A DNA stretch of 64,000 bases from Eledone cirrhosa (Eukaryota), in contig CAXHJY010000743.1 in the NCBI GenBank assembly GCA_964016885.1, positions 1-64,000 of the forward strand. Reading direction: 5' to 3'. Positions 36,880 through 51,926 of the stretch are shown here, one piece after another. Both the position numbers and the translations under genes were made by a program. Within the stretch, counting starts at the first letter, position 1, and every line of letters begins with the position of its first letter. Under the pieces are notes generated by a model. That model did no database searches. It was given only the letters and a program-made list of their open reading frames with translations, and was not told the DNA's origin.

Positions 36880-37555
36880 ATAAGATTTTTATATTTATTT
36901 TGAGAACAATAACTTTTCATCAGTGTGAGTGGCCGGTTTGAACAGAGGTGAGAGAATTCCGGCCTGATACAGCCAGTTTAAAGGCTAAAGGGTTAAGTAG
37001 GGAATGATCTCAAAGTGTTTCATCTTCCCTCCTTTAGATCCCATTGCCAATGGACAATATGAGCTTGACGAATGTTCAGTGTCTTGAATAGTTATCTTTA
37101 GATATGTATATTCAAGACTGGGAAATTTGGCTCTTATATTTATCAAATGAAGTGACCATAGTGAGGTATCATCATCATCATCATCATCACTGTGGGTTAG
37201 ACGAGTTGTCCCGTTGTGAGACACGTCAGATCAGATGATCACGTCTTTCTCATACACAAATAATTTTGGTTTGGTTTTTACGACTGGATGCCCTTCCTAA
37301 TGCCAAACACATTTACAGTGTGGGCTGGGTGCACCAAAAGGACCACTTTATAGTGTGGGAGGGAGGATTTATCAGGTGAGAGGTGGAGGATAGGGATGTG
37401 GGTGTAGGGAAGATAGAGGAAAGGGGTGCATACTGAATGCATGCTTCAATTTCTGCATAGGAGAAGGCTGGTCTTCTGTATAACTACATAATGCCAGATT
37501 AGTTTATTTTTGGTTATTCAGGTTGTTTTAATAATTGTAATCCTTCATTTTGCAG

Positions 37556-37755
37556 AGCTGGTGCAGAAAGTTTATGGTGTTATATATTCAATTTGTCTGC
37601 TATAAGTGCAAGTGTGAATGAAAAAAAGCGACGTATCATAATGACTATAGTTTGGTTTGCAACAACCCTTGTTCTTGCTGTGTTAATTCCCAATATTGGA
37701 GTTGTTATTGCATTCCTTGGAACATTAGCAGCTGTCTTCATTTTTATTTTCCCAG
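37556..37755 (+). CDS. SLC38A7: SLC38A7-like internal exon
   Basis: ttttgCAG|A...CCAG|GTAATT; AGAESLWCYIF...RRIIMTIVWFATTLVLAVLIPNIGVVIAFLGTLAAVFIFIFPG; phase 2 to 1. Confidence 0.9.
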
Positions 37756-38297
37756 GTAATTCTTTTATTTTTATTTTCTTTAGAATATTTCCTATTTGTG
37801 AAATTTATTTGAAATGAAATCTTTCTAATTAATTGTAGGGCACATTTCAAACCTTAAAGATTCAGTTTTTATCTCAAACAGAATTTGTATCACAAGATAT
37901 CTAAATACAGTTACTTCCTATTGACAGCATTATAATAAAATAATAGATATTTATAAAAGAATGAAAAAAATATCATCATTATCAGTGTTTTAACTTAAGC
38001 ACAGATATGTCATGTGATTAAGAAGTTTGTTTCATAATCAGTAGTTTCAAGATCAATCCCACTTGGGCAAGTATCCTCTAGGAAAATTTAGCTGTTATTT
38101 TTAGCAGGTTAAGCAGCTGTCCCAATGTAATTATTAATGAAAGGAAACTGAAAGATGTTTTCTATTTCTCTTTATATTAAACTCTTGTATTCTACCTCCT
38201 ATTCTAAATTAATACCAATGTTTATATTTGTAAAGTCATTTCAAAACAAAAATCCAGATAAATTTATAAATCTTTATTTTTTTTATATATTCTTCAG

Positions 38298-38503
38298 GCT
38301 TATGTATCCTTCAATTAGGTATACATATGGATGATTACCTGGTGTGGAAATCGCGGTTTGCTATAGCCTCTGGAATATTGTTTTTAACTTTAGGTGCTTT
38401 TATTTTTGGTGTCACTTTTACACAAGCCATTCTGAAGAACCTTCATGGGTTTTCTGGGAGTGGATTAGATGATGTCTGTGATAAAAACGTTACATCTACC
38501 TAA
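38298..38503 (+). CDS. SLC38A7: SLC38A7-like terminal coding exon
   Basis: tcttCAG|GC; LCILQLG...GILFLTLGAFIFGVTFTQAIL...NVTST*; phase matches the previous exon. Confidence 0.88.
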
Positions 38504-39850
38504 AAAAAGTATATTTAATTAAATATGAATATGAATTGTTAAATTTTAGTGATTTTCATAACATCCATTTCTTTCATGAAGTTGTTATTGTATTCTGTCA
38601 AAGCATCTTAAATGTGGTTCTGTGTTTAAGGATCCTTTGGATCATGTGATGTTTTGTTTGTGCTATTGTAATATGAATTTTATTATTTTCTTGTATGAAT
38701 TTACAAATGAATATTATTTTTCTTGTATAGTGTGTGTTATATAAGGCATGCTAATATCAATTCTTTTTTTCAATTTCAACAAATTTAGTGATATTATTCA
38801 GTATATATTTATTTACAATTTTGTCTATTAATTTTTATGTAAAATTGCTATTTCCCACTGTAGCTCTTACTTTTTGAACCTTTTTATAAGGATCTCTGCT
38901 GCAAATGCTCGACATTGGTTTATGTAGCATTCAGCAGGTGAAAAATAAGTCTCTCCTTATGGGCTTGACCTTTGCAGGCATCTTTTCCTGACAGAAATGA
39001 ATTGAACTCAGCATTGCACACTAATGAATAACATATCTGTTGTTGATTAAAATAATAAACTATACTACCTCTGTGGTACTTGCTTACATCTATCATTGAG
39101 AATTTTGTCTCTTTGCCAGACACACAAGACATGAACTGCCAACTTCTGTTAACTGTCCAATGCTGTGTATCAATGTTATCATATATTGTCTCACTTTTCC
39201 ACTAAAATCACTCTCTAATTAAAAATATGGTTGATCATGGAACCATCACAAATATATATATATATATAATTTTTTTTTTTTTTTTTTTTTTGATAATTGA
39301 AATATATTCTTAGAGAATTTCATTTTTAAATGTTTTTAAGAATAAAATTTTTTTTACATATTGCTGGAACATTCATTTCTGTGGATGCCCATTCCGCCAT
39401 TAACTACTCAAGTATAAAGTAGGTGTAGAACTTGTTTATCATTCAGGTAAACAGTATCAAACATAGACAATAAGGTACAGTGTTGTGTCTATAGGACTTA
39501 CTCTCTTCTAAGTGAACACAGCCATTGAGAGCCATCTTGATCAAATAGACCATTTCTTTTCTGTTTATTTAACTTGGGATATGTGACAGTATTGGTCACT
39601 GTCACTAATGATATCTAAAACTCTGTTCCTTTATCTAAAACCCAATAGTGTATGTGTACACACCTTCTCCTTTTTCAACTTTACACCTAGAAAATTACTG
39701 GTTAGACTACAGTAGGAAATGAACTGAAGAGCGTTATTTTTTAAGACAACAACTCTTCCAGTACTCTTATCAACTGAGTCAACGAAGGAGTTGCATTGTT
39801 GTCGCTCAGCATGTTAGAAATAGCAGCCAAATCTCCCTCAAATTATACCC

Positions 39851-40705
39851 CATCATCATCATAATGACTGTTTAATGTCCATTTTCCCATGCTAGCAAGG
39901 TTAGATGAGTTGTCCTGTCGTGAGATAGGCCAGGTGAGGTGACCATGCCCTGCTCATTCAAAACTGATTTGGGCTTGGTTTCTACAGCTGCATGCCCTTC
40001 CTAACACCAACCACATTTACAGTGTGGACTGGGTGCTTTTTGGCGTGACACCTATACAACCACTTTACAGTGTGGGCTAGGGACTTTGGTGGGAAAGGTG
40101 TGTGGGGATTGGAGGGGTGAGTATATGGGTGTGTGTGAAGGGAGTGTTTGGACGTGAAAGGGAGGATGGAAGTGAAAGGGGTGCGTACTAGATATATCCT
40201 TCAGCCAGCGCTCATGGGAGGTGTATGGAAAAGAGTGTGAAGGTGGTGCATATATATGTATGCTTCAACCTGTTCTCATAGGAAGGATGGTCTTCTGTAT
40301 TACTGAATAATGCCAGAGATCTCAGTCCTGTGTCATCTCCTTTGAGAGGTGCAATTGTGCAAGGTCAGCTTTTATTACCTCACTCCAAGTCTTCTTACTC
40401 CATAGCTGCCATTAACTTTGAGCGCTCTGCACCTTTTTATACAGTTGTCATTCTTCATACACATCACATGTCCATACCAATGGAATCTCTTCTCCTGCAC
40501 ACTGCATCTGATTCCTCTTATGCCTAGTTTCTTAGTTCGTTCATGTATATTACTATTACACATCCATCAAAATATGTAAGATTCATTTCTTTCCAATCTT
40601 CGCAAGTCCTCTGCACACAGCGTTCAAGCCTCACTACCATGCAAAATTGGTGTTTGTATACATGCATCATACAATCTGCCTTTCATTTTGAGGGAAAAGC
40701 CTTTA
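39851..40705 (-). mobile_element. Degenerate RTE LINE 3' fragment
   Basis: (CAT)n tail, GCCCTTCCTAACACCAACCACATTTACAGTG 3' UTR motif, and peptide MCNSNIHE...GIRGIRC...WYGHVM. Confidence 0.8.
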
Positions 40706-43019
40706 AAGAAAGGACATTGAATTAGAAGATGGAATTACCATAATTAGAATGCTTTTGAAGATAGGTTCCAAAATTATCCATTAATAAGCAATCAGAATCA
40801 AAACCACCTAAAGCTTTCAGTTTGTGTCAATGTTTGTCTTTGCATTCACTTAATCTTTATTATAACAAACTATTCATTTTTAATTTGAAATGTTGTTTAG
40901 CCTCAGTTCAGTCTTAATCAAGAAGACTTATTATCAAAGATATTTCAACCATAATCGTTCCATTTCATTTAAATCATACTGTACTTTGGGCTACATTATC
41001 CAATTTATCCTTCCTTTTTTAAGACAGTAGGTTGCAATTTGAGGATGATTTGGTTGCTATTTCTAGCAGCTAGAATGACTACATGGAGGCTGTTATGAAG
41101 GCTTTTTTTTATGTTATGTATGTATGTGTGTGTATGTAAGAGAGATCAATCATACATACATGTGTGTGTGTAAGTTAAATCATGACAAACTCAAAAACAT
41201 TTGAGTGTTTATTATAATAAAAACCTCATTTTAATATTTTATTTTATTATTCCTTATGTTGTTGAATCCATCTTAATTTGATTTGTTAAATCAAGATTGT
41301 GTAAATTGACTGAACTCCAGTTCATTTTAAGAATTATGTGCAATTTGAAATTGAAAAAAAGAATAGGTTTTCTTATCAGATTCATACTATTTTTCTAAAT
41401 AAAATCCTTTAAAGAAAGTCAACAAACATGTCACTGAAATTGTTTTCAGTTTTATTTTGTTTACAGTGCCTCTTAAATACTCACAAAAATTTACCAAATA
41501 TAAAGGCTAAATATATTTGGGGGCAAAATATTTTTCACTTGAATATATTTGAAAAATTGATTACCACTTTTATAAAGTTTATATTTACACAAAATTGTAT
41601 CTATGTTTATTTTATTTTGTTATATAAATAAATAAGTTTACTGAAATTCTTATTTTCTTTTTGTCTCTTCAATTACATTTCAAATATTATCAGTTTTTGC
41701 TACATCACTATCAGAAAGGAAGGATAAACAATTATATTCCTAGATATTAAAAAGGTAGACAAATTACTTCTTGAATGTCTTTGATATTAGGACTATTCGA
41801 TCAGATGACAATAATGGTTTTCTTACATTAGCACAAGACCACAAATATTTAGAATTATATATCAGATAGATGTAGCTTCATGGTCCCAGCATTACACTGG
41901 GGGATGATGAAGCAGTTGCACTGAAAGAGCCAGTCCAACTTGCAGAGCTTGTTCTCATGGATGGCCATCTCAACCTCAATTGCAGTAAGTAGGGAAGTAG
42001 TTCTGGGACCCAGGATGCAGTCAGTAAATGTCTTGCATGTTTCTCAATATACTATTTCATTTTGTAATTGTTATCCAAGCCTAATTTCTGCATCACACTA
42101 CATTTATAAAATTAACGAACCATACACTACATTTCAAACTGTCAGGGCTTCCAAGACTTGTGTGAAGGAAAACACTAATCAATTTTTTCTTCTCATTACA
42201 AATGTAGCAATTAACATCAATTAAAAATTATTTTTGTCTTACTACAGTAAGTTTGTTAACCAACACTCAACTCACTTGTAAACGTGCTGACATGACATAT
42301 GGTATGTCTTGGGCATTTTAAACCTGGCAGAGCCCATCCGTTCTCCAGCTGATTTATTCCAGAGAATGATAGAAAGGAAAAGATATAGAAGAAGAATTGA
42401 TCTCAGTATGGGACTAGTACTTTTTATCAAACTCTAAAGGACGAAAGACAAAGTTGACCTCGGCAGGATTTGTACATAAATTCACTCTATTATTGAAGCT
42501 CAGCCTTAGTTCACTGCATTTATCTTTAAAGTTCTTAAAAATATCAATTTCATGTGTCCTGCTTGTAATAGAGCACCCAAGATGTCATTCTTTGTAGCAA
42601 TTAAAATCTTCTATTAGAGTACAAATAAAATATAATACTTGTGCTGAGTCAATTGTAGCAGTTGACTCATCTACAGCTATTAAATATGTTGTTTCCTTTT
42701 TAATTATTATGTGAGTAGTTGTTTTGTAATGCCAAGCACTAATTCACATTACCTTATCAGTTATTGTAACTCTCATCTCTCCCAGAACTCTTTATATTTT
42801 TTAGCTATTATGGGAACATATAAAACAAATAAATAAATGGAAACAAGCAAGCAGACATATAAATGACTACAGCTTGATTAAATTATATCTAAACATAAGT
42901 CATGAGGCAACAAATTTTAAGATGTACCTTAAATTTATAAAAGCAACTTTTTTTTTTTATATGGCAAAGCATATAAAATGCATAATTAGTTGAAAAGGTA
43001 GGCTTTGAATACTGTTATA

Positions 43020-43249
43020 CAGGGTGAGTCATATGTAACAGGGCAGTCCAACATTTATATTCTAAATATTTACTAAAATTCTGGTTATACAGTATGAAAT
43101 TATAAACCAAACAAAAGTAGTTACAAAAATATAAAGAGTTTAAAAAGATAGCTCTGTTCCTCAATACATTTGGAAGCAGATGTTCAAAAAGTTATCTGAA
43201 CCTTGCAATAAAAATGCATTGACTGCCCTGTTATTTATGACTCTCACTG
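43020..43249. mobile_element. Tc1/mariner-type MITE
   Basis: TA|CAGGGTGAGTCATATGTAACAGGGCAGTC ... GACTGCCCTGTTATTTATGACTCTCACTG|TA: imperfect ~29-bp TIRs. Confidence 0.75.
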
Positions 43250-44116
43250 TATAATGGTTTCTGATTTAGGCACAAGACCAACAATCTGGAGGAAGGGGAA
43301 AGTCAATTAAATCAACTCCAGTGTATTACTGGTACTTTATTACATTAACCCTCTAATTCATTCTATCAGAGCACTAATGTTGTCTGTGTTGACTCAGCAC
43401 TTTGCAGTGAGTTCAATTGTGGCAGATGTCTCATCCATTACAGGCTAAAGGACTTTTCCACTCCATGTAGTTTCTGATGTCTCACCATATTTACTTTTAG
43501 TCTCAGTGCTTGTACTGCGAGCAGGGCTTTTTATAGCATAGAAAATCTAGTCTTCTGTAATACAGTAAATTGCCAGTCAATTTGATCCTACATCATTCCC
43601 TTCATGAAGTTTAGTTTCTTGAGGTTAGTCTTTACAACTTTGTCCCATGTCTTCCTTGGTCTCCTATTACAGGTTCCATTAACTTCAAACACTCGGGACT
43701 TCTTCATACAACTCTCATTCTGTTTATACACCACATGATATTAACAACACAATCATCTCTCTTACACACTACATTCAATTCCTCTTATACTCATCTTTTC
43801 TCTCTCAGTTCATTAATGCTGTTGTTCACATAAACTAACAATGCATCCATTCCTTTCTTGATGTAATAAACTGACTTTTTCATGCAAATTTCCGGCCTTG
43901 TGCCTAAATTAGAAATCATTATTGTCCTAAATGTGTTTGACCCTAGTGGCCAATAAACAAAACATCATTATTATTCAGGCATGTGGTTTAGTGGTATTTG
44001 TTAATCCAATTACATCTCTAACTAGTGAGTTTTTTATGTCCTTGGCCAGTCTACATAACATTGTAGTATAAAATACTTCTTTTCACTTCGATCTCAAAAT
44101 TCAATGACTAATTACA

Positions 44117-45480
44117 AAGGTGTCATACCCAATGACAGGCATAGCATCATCATTATCAACTGCTACAAGATGCATTAGAGATAGGCATAAAATTGTACCA
44201 GGTTATGAAAGTTACAGAGAGTTAGCACTTGATGAGATGCAGGATAATTACTTTGCTAGCTTTCAATGATCTGGTAAAGGCCTTTGATAGAGTTCTACAC
44301 CCTATAATCTGGTGAATACTAAATAAGCTATGTGTAGATAAATGACTTGTACGATCTATACAAGCTATGTACAGAGGTGCAGTCAGCAAGGTGAGAATCA
44401 ACAAAGAGTTGAGTAATAAATTTAACATTGCAGGTAGGAATACATCTTGGCCCCCTTCTATTTATTATAGTCCTCTAAACCAAACCAACAAATAAATTTA
44501 AGATTGATTGTCCATGGGAATTCTTGCATACTAATGAAGTATCCTTTGCAGCAAAATAGGATTATGGAAGAAAAACCTTTAATCAAAGGGCTTCAAAGTA
44601 AACTAAATAAAAACTAAATTTTTAGTAAGTAGGAGAGAAAACAGGGAACTGGACATGCTCAATTTGTAGGCAAGTAGGTAGAAAGTCCATATGGCATACA
44701 ATGGACACACAAGAGGTATAGCGAAATCACAGGTATGCTGATGGAGAAAGTAAACTTCATCTGTGGAAGTTGCACAGGAGTAATCAGCAGTACCATTATA
44801 CACACCATGAATTCCCTCAAATGCTTAGAAGTTTCACTCAAATTCTTTGATAACTTTTACTACATTGCTTACCTAATTAGCAGAGGAAGTAGATATACCA
44901 AAAGCATAACAGCCAGAGTAAGAAATGAGTGAAAACGCTGAGGGGTTGATCCTTCTGCTGGAAACAAGGCTTCTTCCTCAGAATGAAAGACATTGTATGA
45001 TACTTGTGTTTGAACTGCTATGTTGAATGGTAGCATGACATGCCGAGGATTTATAATGACTAGAAAGAAATCAAGCATGCATACTTCTCTGGGTGTGTAA
45101 TGTTAATATGCATGAACAGCTAAGCACAATCTAACAGAAAAGGTGGATATAAAAAGAATCAGATGTAATGTGCAACTGCATCATCATCATTTCATTTTAC
45201 GTCCACTTTTCCCTACTTGCAAGGGTGGGACGGGAACTGATTCTGGCTTGATTTCTACAACTGGATGCCCTTCCTAACACCAACCTCATTTACAGTGAGT
45301 GCTGGGTGCTTTTTTTTGCTGTTGCATGGGTATGAAAATGTGATACATATAGTGAATAACAGTTGCTTAAAGAAGTGCCAAGCATTTGAAGTGGATGGAA
45401 ACTGTAGAAAAGGAAAACCAAGGAAGACATAGAGCAAAGTAGTCAAGACTGACCTCAGAGGTATCACAGGACCATGATGA
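44117..45480 (+). mobile_element. Highly decayed RTE LINE fragment, interrupted near 45180-45320 by a reversed RTE-type tail
   Basis: Nucleotide similarity to the RTE copies (GCCTTTGATAGAGT, ATACAAGCTATGTACAG, CCATGGGAA, FICGSCTG). Confidence 0.65.
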
Positions 45481-48400
45481 CTGGTGAAACAGTGAGCTGC
45501 ATAAGTCTTGCCCAGTGGGACAAGCATGGTGACACAATCACTGAAATTAATGGCATTGGTGATAGAGATTAAGGTTTATTCACAATCACCTTTTCTTTGA
45601 CTTCATTTTGATACTCATTACACCATGCTGATTAGTAGAAGAGGGAAGGCATCTGATTGGTCCATATCTAATCCCTTGCCAACTCCCACTACTATCCATT
45701 ATATTAAAGTGCCAATATTGGATTGTGTGTGGAGCAAATTGTCAATCACACTGAGGAAAGGGGAAAATAAGATTGTGGGTATGATAGAGCAAGAGAAAAA
45801 GAGCAGTGGTTGTGGTGGAAGCAGCAAATGCTGAAATTTTTTGTTTTAATCTCAAGTCTTATAGAAAGATGGTAAGAGTGTGTGTGTGAGAGAGAAAATG
45901 AAAAGACATTGCTTTTTAAAACTTTGGTCACACTGTGGAAAGGTATGAGTGTGTGCAAGAGAGAGAAAGAGTGGCACTATATGAAAAATATTGTTTATCC
46001 TCAAACTATGAGTAAAATATTCCATTTTGGGAGTTTTGTCATTTTTTTAGTTTATTGAGTTTTGTATATAATATATTTCAAATGCCATATTGATCTTTAA
46101 TACTTGGTGGTTGTTTCTAATTAAGGCTTGGAATTTCTGCATGGTTATTACTTTTATCACTGATTACCATTAACACTACCACTGCAGTGGTGAAACATTG
46201 AACAGAGGAAATATATGGTAAAGAGGATTCTTTAGCCTTGTCAAGTACAAGACAACCTTTTTAGTACTCGTGCCATAAGAAAATGCACCCAGTACACTCT
46301 GTAAAGTAGCTGACAATCCAATAGACACAACTTTGATCTTGCAAAGGATATAACACCCTATCTAGGAGTGGTACGATGGTAAAATATTCCCAGTACAACT
46401 GGTAAAGTGATAGCTTTTAGAAAAAGTATCTGGCCATAAAAACCATGCCAAATTTGGAATGTGATGTGGCACCTCAGCCCATCTATGAGGGCAGTGACTC
46501 TAAATAAAAATTGGGACTGTAAGAGCCCATGCCAGCATAGAAAACAGATGTAAAATAATGATGATGATTTCAAGGAGCCATATTAAAAATCTGAAGTCAT
46601 AAAGAGAGCGAGAGAATGAATGAGTGCTTAGGTGGGGGAGGGGGCATAATTCAGCTAAAGAAGACAAAACAAATTGGAAGTTGGTGTGTTGTTTAGACCC
46701 AGTTAAGCCCTAGGACGACCAGACTTGTGATCAAAGGTATTCCAGCAGTGACCATTCTATTTAATTCCGAGGCATAGTACATCCAGGGCTACATTATCTA
46801 ATGTGTCATTCTTTTCTAAGATGGTAGTGTATGATAGAGGGAGATTCATCTGCTATTTCTAGCAAGTAGAATGACTGCACAGTCTCCCAAAAAATTTGCT
46901 ATGTAGTTTGGTGGTTTACAGTTTCAAGAACAAATCTTCACATTCCTATTATATAAAAAAAAAAAATATCCAATTTCAAAACTAACAAACTATATCATAG
47001 GAATACAACAACGCAGCAAATTATAGACTCACTATATCCGACAAAATTCCCTCAAAACACACACTACCATCTTTAAAAAAGGAAGGACTCATTGGACACT
47101 GTAGCTACTGATATACAAAAAAAAATGGGCTAATCATGGCTTGACTACCTTTGGTCATAGGTCTGTTGAATCATAATTGAACCCATGTCATTAAAGTCAA
47201 AACAATTATCAATTAAAAAATTCAGAAATATTCTCAGAACAAAATCATTTATTTAACCAATCTAATGGTCTGCTTGAGAAAAATATAAGTGGGGAAAGTG
47301 AACACTTCATTTTCGAAATAACTTTTCATCTCCTGATAGGTAATTTTTCTATCACACAATATTATGAATTTCCTTCTAGTGATGTGGATGTAAGATTAAC
47401 ATGTGTTCTATTTATCTTTTCCATCCACTATAAGTGTCATGATCAAGTTCCTGTGATAAAAAAAAAAATCTCCAAGCTCTGATACCCAAGTTCTTGAAGC
47501 CAAGCAATAGCAAAGCAATGTTCAGTGTGGAAATAACAAGATTAAATATACAGATAAAAGGAAGGGCATTTTTAGTTGTTCATATCACACTGCCCAAATA
47601 TTGCCTTTCAAATTATAGATGTATAGTTGTGTTTTAAAAATGCGTTTAAAAAAAGTAATAATTTTTTAATTGATTTTTTTTTGTTTCATAATAAATATCC
47701 ACTGGACTTTCCTAAAATAATAGAAATCTAAAACTAAAAGTTCATTTATAAAATAGTGTTTAAAATGCTTACTGAAATGACATTACTTCCATTCTCATTC
47801 CTTGTCTTTGTTTATTGAGATTAGTTTATCTTAATATAATGTTATCATTGATAAATTGACTAAAATCATAGATTGCCTAAATCTAATATTTGAGCAGAAC
47901 TGTTCACAACTGTGACAATGAATGTTAAAATTTGGGTTTAATTCTTACATCACTATATCTTTATTGAAACACACATTGTTTTTGTTTAAATTAATTTTGA
48001 AAATAAAGACGAATTTAGTAAAATAACTAACAACAGTTTGGAACATAACAGAAGGTCCTTACATGAAAATTTGATATAAGGTTTTTAATTTAGATATGAA
48101 TACTTCAACATGGGGAGGGGGATTATAATAGAACAAGAGATGGTCTGAGATGGGCTAATTATTGCAAATATCCTACATTACTGCAGTTATTAAATCACAA
48201 ATTAATATTGTAAGATAAAAGATATATTTCCTCAACTTCAAATAATTATAGGAAATACACATTGCAATTCAGAGAAAAAAAAAACAAAACAACTAAAGCT
48301 ATAATATATTTACATGGTTTGTTAAAAAAATTAAACATTTTAAAATTCATTTCTTGTAGAATTATCCTAAATAAAAACAAATCTTCTAAAATATTAATAA

Positions 48401-48565
48401 ACAGGATAGAAGTGGGGAGGAAGGCATTCTGACAATGAAAATTTAACCAGTGATATATCAGTTGTCTAAATCAGTTCAAATATTCAATATATAGAATCCT
48501 TGATAAGTGAGTCTTGAATTTTTTTTTTTTTTTTTTTTTTTTTTTCTTTTTCCAATTAAGGCAAT

Positions 48566-49668
48566 TTAGCGAAGTTTCTGAATTAAGCATTGGATCTCAG
48601 GTTTCAAAAATGATTCAGCATTATAACTACTTTCTGGCTGAGTGGCAAGAGAATTAGCTAAATCTTCATCAACAATGAAATTAACCAAAGCAGATGGTGC
48701 AAGGCCAAGTTCAATTAATGTTAAGTCCTCATCAAGTCTCTGTCCTGTTGGATTCACTAAATGGAAAAGTATCCATTCCCATTTTAAATTCTCTCGAATA
48801 AACTGCTGCAGATCACTTAGTTTTTCTTGAGCCTTAAAGGTTCCTTGCAAGACAATGTTATCAGGAAAACGAACACGTATCATAGTGTAACGATAACGAC
48901 GCAATTCTCGTTTTTCCTCACGTGCTCGCATGGCCTTTGTTCGAAGAATTTCAACCTTCTCCAAGTTTTCATTACGTAATTGTTGCTCTCTTTTGAGTTC
49001 AGATGGAGTCAGATTATAGAAGTCATCAGTCACCTCAAAATTTGGCATGCCATGTTGACGATCATACACCTGCAAGGCTCGGTCAAGCTCAGGTCGAATT
49101 GGTTCAGCTGTAAGAAGACAGTCTTTCATTTGGCTCAATAACTCAACATTAAGAGCATTTTCTTCTGGAATGATAAAAAACATTTCTTCAGGTTGATCAT
49201 CAACTTTTAGACTTTTCCTCTCAAAACCACATGTAATTAGAAATTCTTCACTGCCTTCGATATGGTTAACCTTTTCTTGAAAAGCTCGGTTATTAATTCG
49301 GATTTTTCTGAATTTTTCCTCACCGGGGTTGTTAATAAGGTTATCTATATATTTTGTTAAGATTTCAACACAAACCTTCACAGCTTCTTTATTCTTATTC
49401 AGAGTATGAATTATCAGTGTTGAGGCCATATGAGGGTGATTTTCAAGCAAACTATATAGGAATTCTCTGATATATTCATGTATTTCATGTTTAGGAAGCA
49501 CTGCAGGCCCAATGTTAGGACATTTAAATAAAAGGAAGGGGCAACTATTTGTGTCACCTTCATCTAATTCCGCTGAATTGACAGATGGGTTTGGAGACTG
49601 TTCCTGACATGTGGAAGCAGCAACATCTTTACTACGAACACAAGTTTTCATAGTAGGTCGTAATCCCC
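48566..49668 (-). CDS. UBXN6: UBX domain-containing protein 6, large 3' coding exon (PUB and UBX domains)
   Basis: Acceptor ttttaCAG|GG, phase 1. PUB motif KYIDNLINNPGEEKFRKIRINNRAFQEKV. DDFYNLTPSELKREQQ. UBX motif RYRYTMIRVRFPDNIVLQGTF...LIELGLAPSALVNF. Confidence 0.93.
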
Positions 49669-51926
49669 CTGTAAAAATATAACGACAACATTTAATGTTT
49701 TTAGTTTTAATAATTCATTTCTACTTTATTCTAAAGCATGAACCCAATACACTTTGTAAAAGGTTGGTAATAGGAAGGGCATCCAACCATAGAAAAAAAT
49801 GCTAAACAAAGTGTCTGTAAGACATTATAATCTCTCTAGTGATGTTGGCATGATAAAATGCAATAAGTAGAGCATATGTAAGTGAGATGTAGGCCCCTGG
49901 GCAATTGAGAGATCAGTAGCTCCAAAAGAGTACTGACTTCAACTGTGAAAAAAACAATAATGATGATATATATATATACAATGGACCCTCCTATCAAGAA
50001 CAATATATAAGTATTCAATTGTTTGATGAATTGTACAACTTACTGAATTCGCATGTAAAACTGCTGACATACACTCTTTGACATAATTCTCAAGTTGGAT
50101 CAGCATGACAAGGTTGTACCTTTGAATTACAGGTGAGCCCATCAGATAGACTTCCATCTACTTAACTTCACTAACAAGGTTGGGTCAACCTGAGGCTGTG
50201 GCAGAAGACACCCATGATGCCCTGCAGTCGGACTGAACCTGGGATCTCGTGTCAAGTAAACTTTGTAATCATTCAGCCACACCAAGTATATATATATATC
50301 ATCATAACCTTTTAACATCTATTTTCTACACTAATATGGGTTAAACGAGTTGTCCCATTGTGAGATAAGTCAAATAAAATCTTGCTCATACAAAACTATT
50401 TCTGGCCTGGTTTCTATGGCTGGATGCCCTTCCTAATGCCAACCACATTTACAACATGGACTAGGTGCTTTTTATGATGGCATAGGATAACCAAGCCTTT
50501 TTTTTCCTCCTTTACAAAATAGTTTTCCTATGGTCAGATGCTCTTCTTTCTGCTAATACATATTTTATTTTCATGTATAGTGTATACCATAGCTCTTCAC
50601 CCATTGAATTGCTAAGCAGCATAAAGTATTGTTTATGCAGGATGTAAACAAACACCAGTGCTTGCTTTAAACGGTATTGCTATGAAGATGCACAGAAGCA
50701 GACACATACAGACACATATTTGTATCACTGTCATCCTAGCCTGGCCAACAATACAAATGCCATAGTGTTGAAATACGGTTGTGTTGATTCCACAATAAAA
50801 TGCACCTAGTCTATGTTGTGTGGTAGTGGTGGTGCCACAAGAAAATGAATCCAGTACACACTGTGAAATGGTTGCCAAAATGGAATGTATGAGCAAGACT
50901 GTCATCTGACCTGTATGTCTAGCCACAGAATGTAACAATCCATCTAACCAATGCAAGCATGAAAAACAGACATAAAACGTTGATGGTGATGATAATGATA
51001 TATGATGGGTATCCTCACAGAAAAAGAGAAACAAGCTCACTGATGAGACATGAACTATCTATCAATCACTTGCTAAGCAACTGTATAACTGGTTATACTA
51101 GAATGCCTGCCATTCCATTGATACCTCTCTATGTTGCACATTAGTAAAATAGCCTATTCTGACAATGCTAAATGACTGACAAATTATCTGTGAAACATGA
51201 GAGATGGAAGTGCAGAAAATATCTTTATAGTAGGTAACATCATCACCCTCATCATCATCGGTTGGACAAGTTTGAGAAAAAGGAACAATTGTTGTGTATT
51301 ATAGTCAGTAATGTAGTTGCTTGGCAAACAATAGATACAATGCCTGAGTGCTAGTGGTGCACCTATTGCATCTGTTCCATCTCATATTGGTGCTAATGTT
51401 CAATATCGTTTAAATAGTAACTATTTATTGTCTGCCTTGAACAAATTGACACTTTGTAGAAGCATAAAGACTCTTTAGTTTTGGGGAACACAAGGTAGCC
51501 TTCATAGTGCTTGGTGCCACAATAAAATTCACCTAGTATACTCTGTAAATTGGTTGACGAACAAACAGAGACAATGCAGGATCAAAAATACTTTTTAGTC
51601 TGGCCAAGGACAAGACAATCTCTCTACTGTTGATGCTATGATAAAATACATGCAGAACACATTGTAAAGTGGTTGGTATTATGAAAGGCAACCCACCTAG
51701 AAGAACAATAGTTCCCAAGAGAACTGATTTGGACCGTGATAGCCTGGTCAACTCCTGCCAGCATGGAAAGTGGACATAAAATGTTGATATTTAAACAATA
51801 AGTTATTGGTTAAGAAAATATATGAAATTAAAAGTGAGGTAGGAAAGAAAAAAGAGAATCCTCATAATTTAGTTTTAAAGAAAAATAAAGATATAGAAAT
51901 TATGCCTTAGAATAAAAAATATATAC

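Larger units (their letters stand above)
34421..36992. mobile_element. Second, reversed piggyBac-like MITE copy split by a SINE and an RTE
   Basis: 34607-34676 and 36880-36992 match the reverse complement of 30984-31192. Right end CTAAAGGG|TTAA is intact; the left TIR is not recognisable. Confidence 0.7.
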
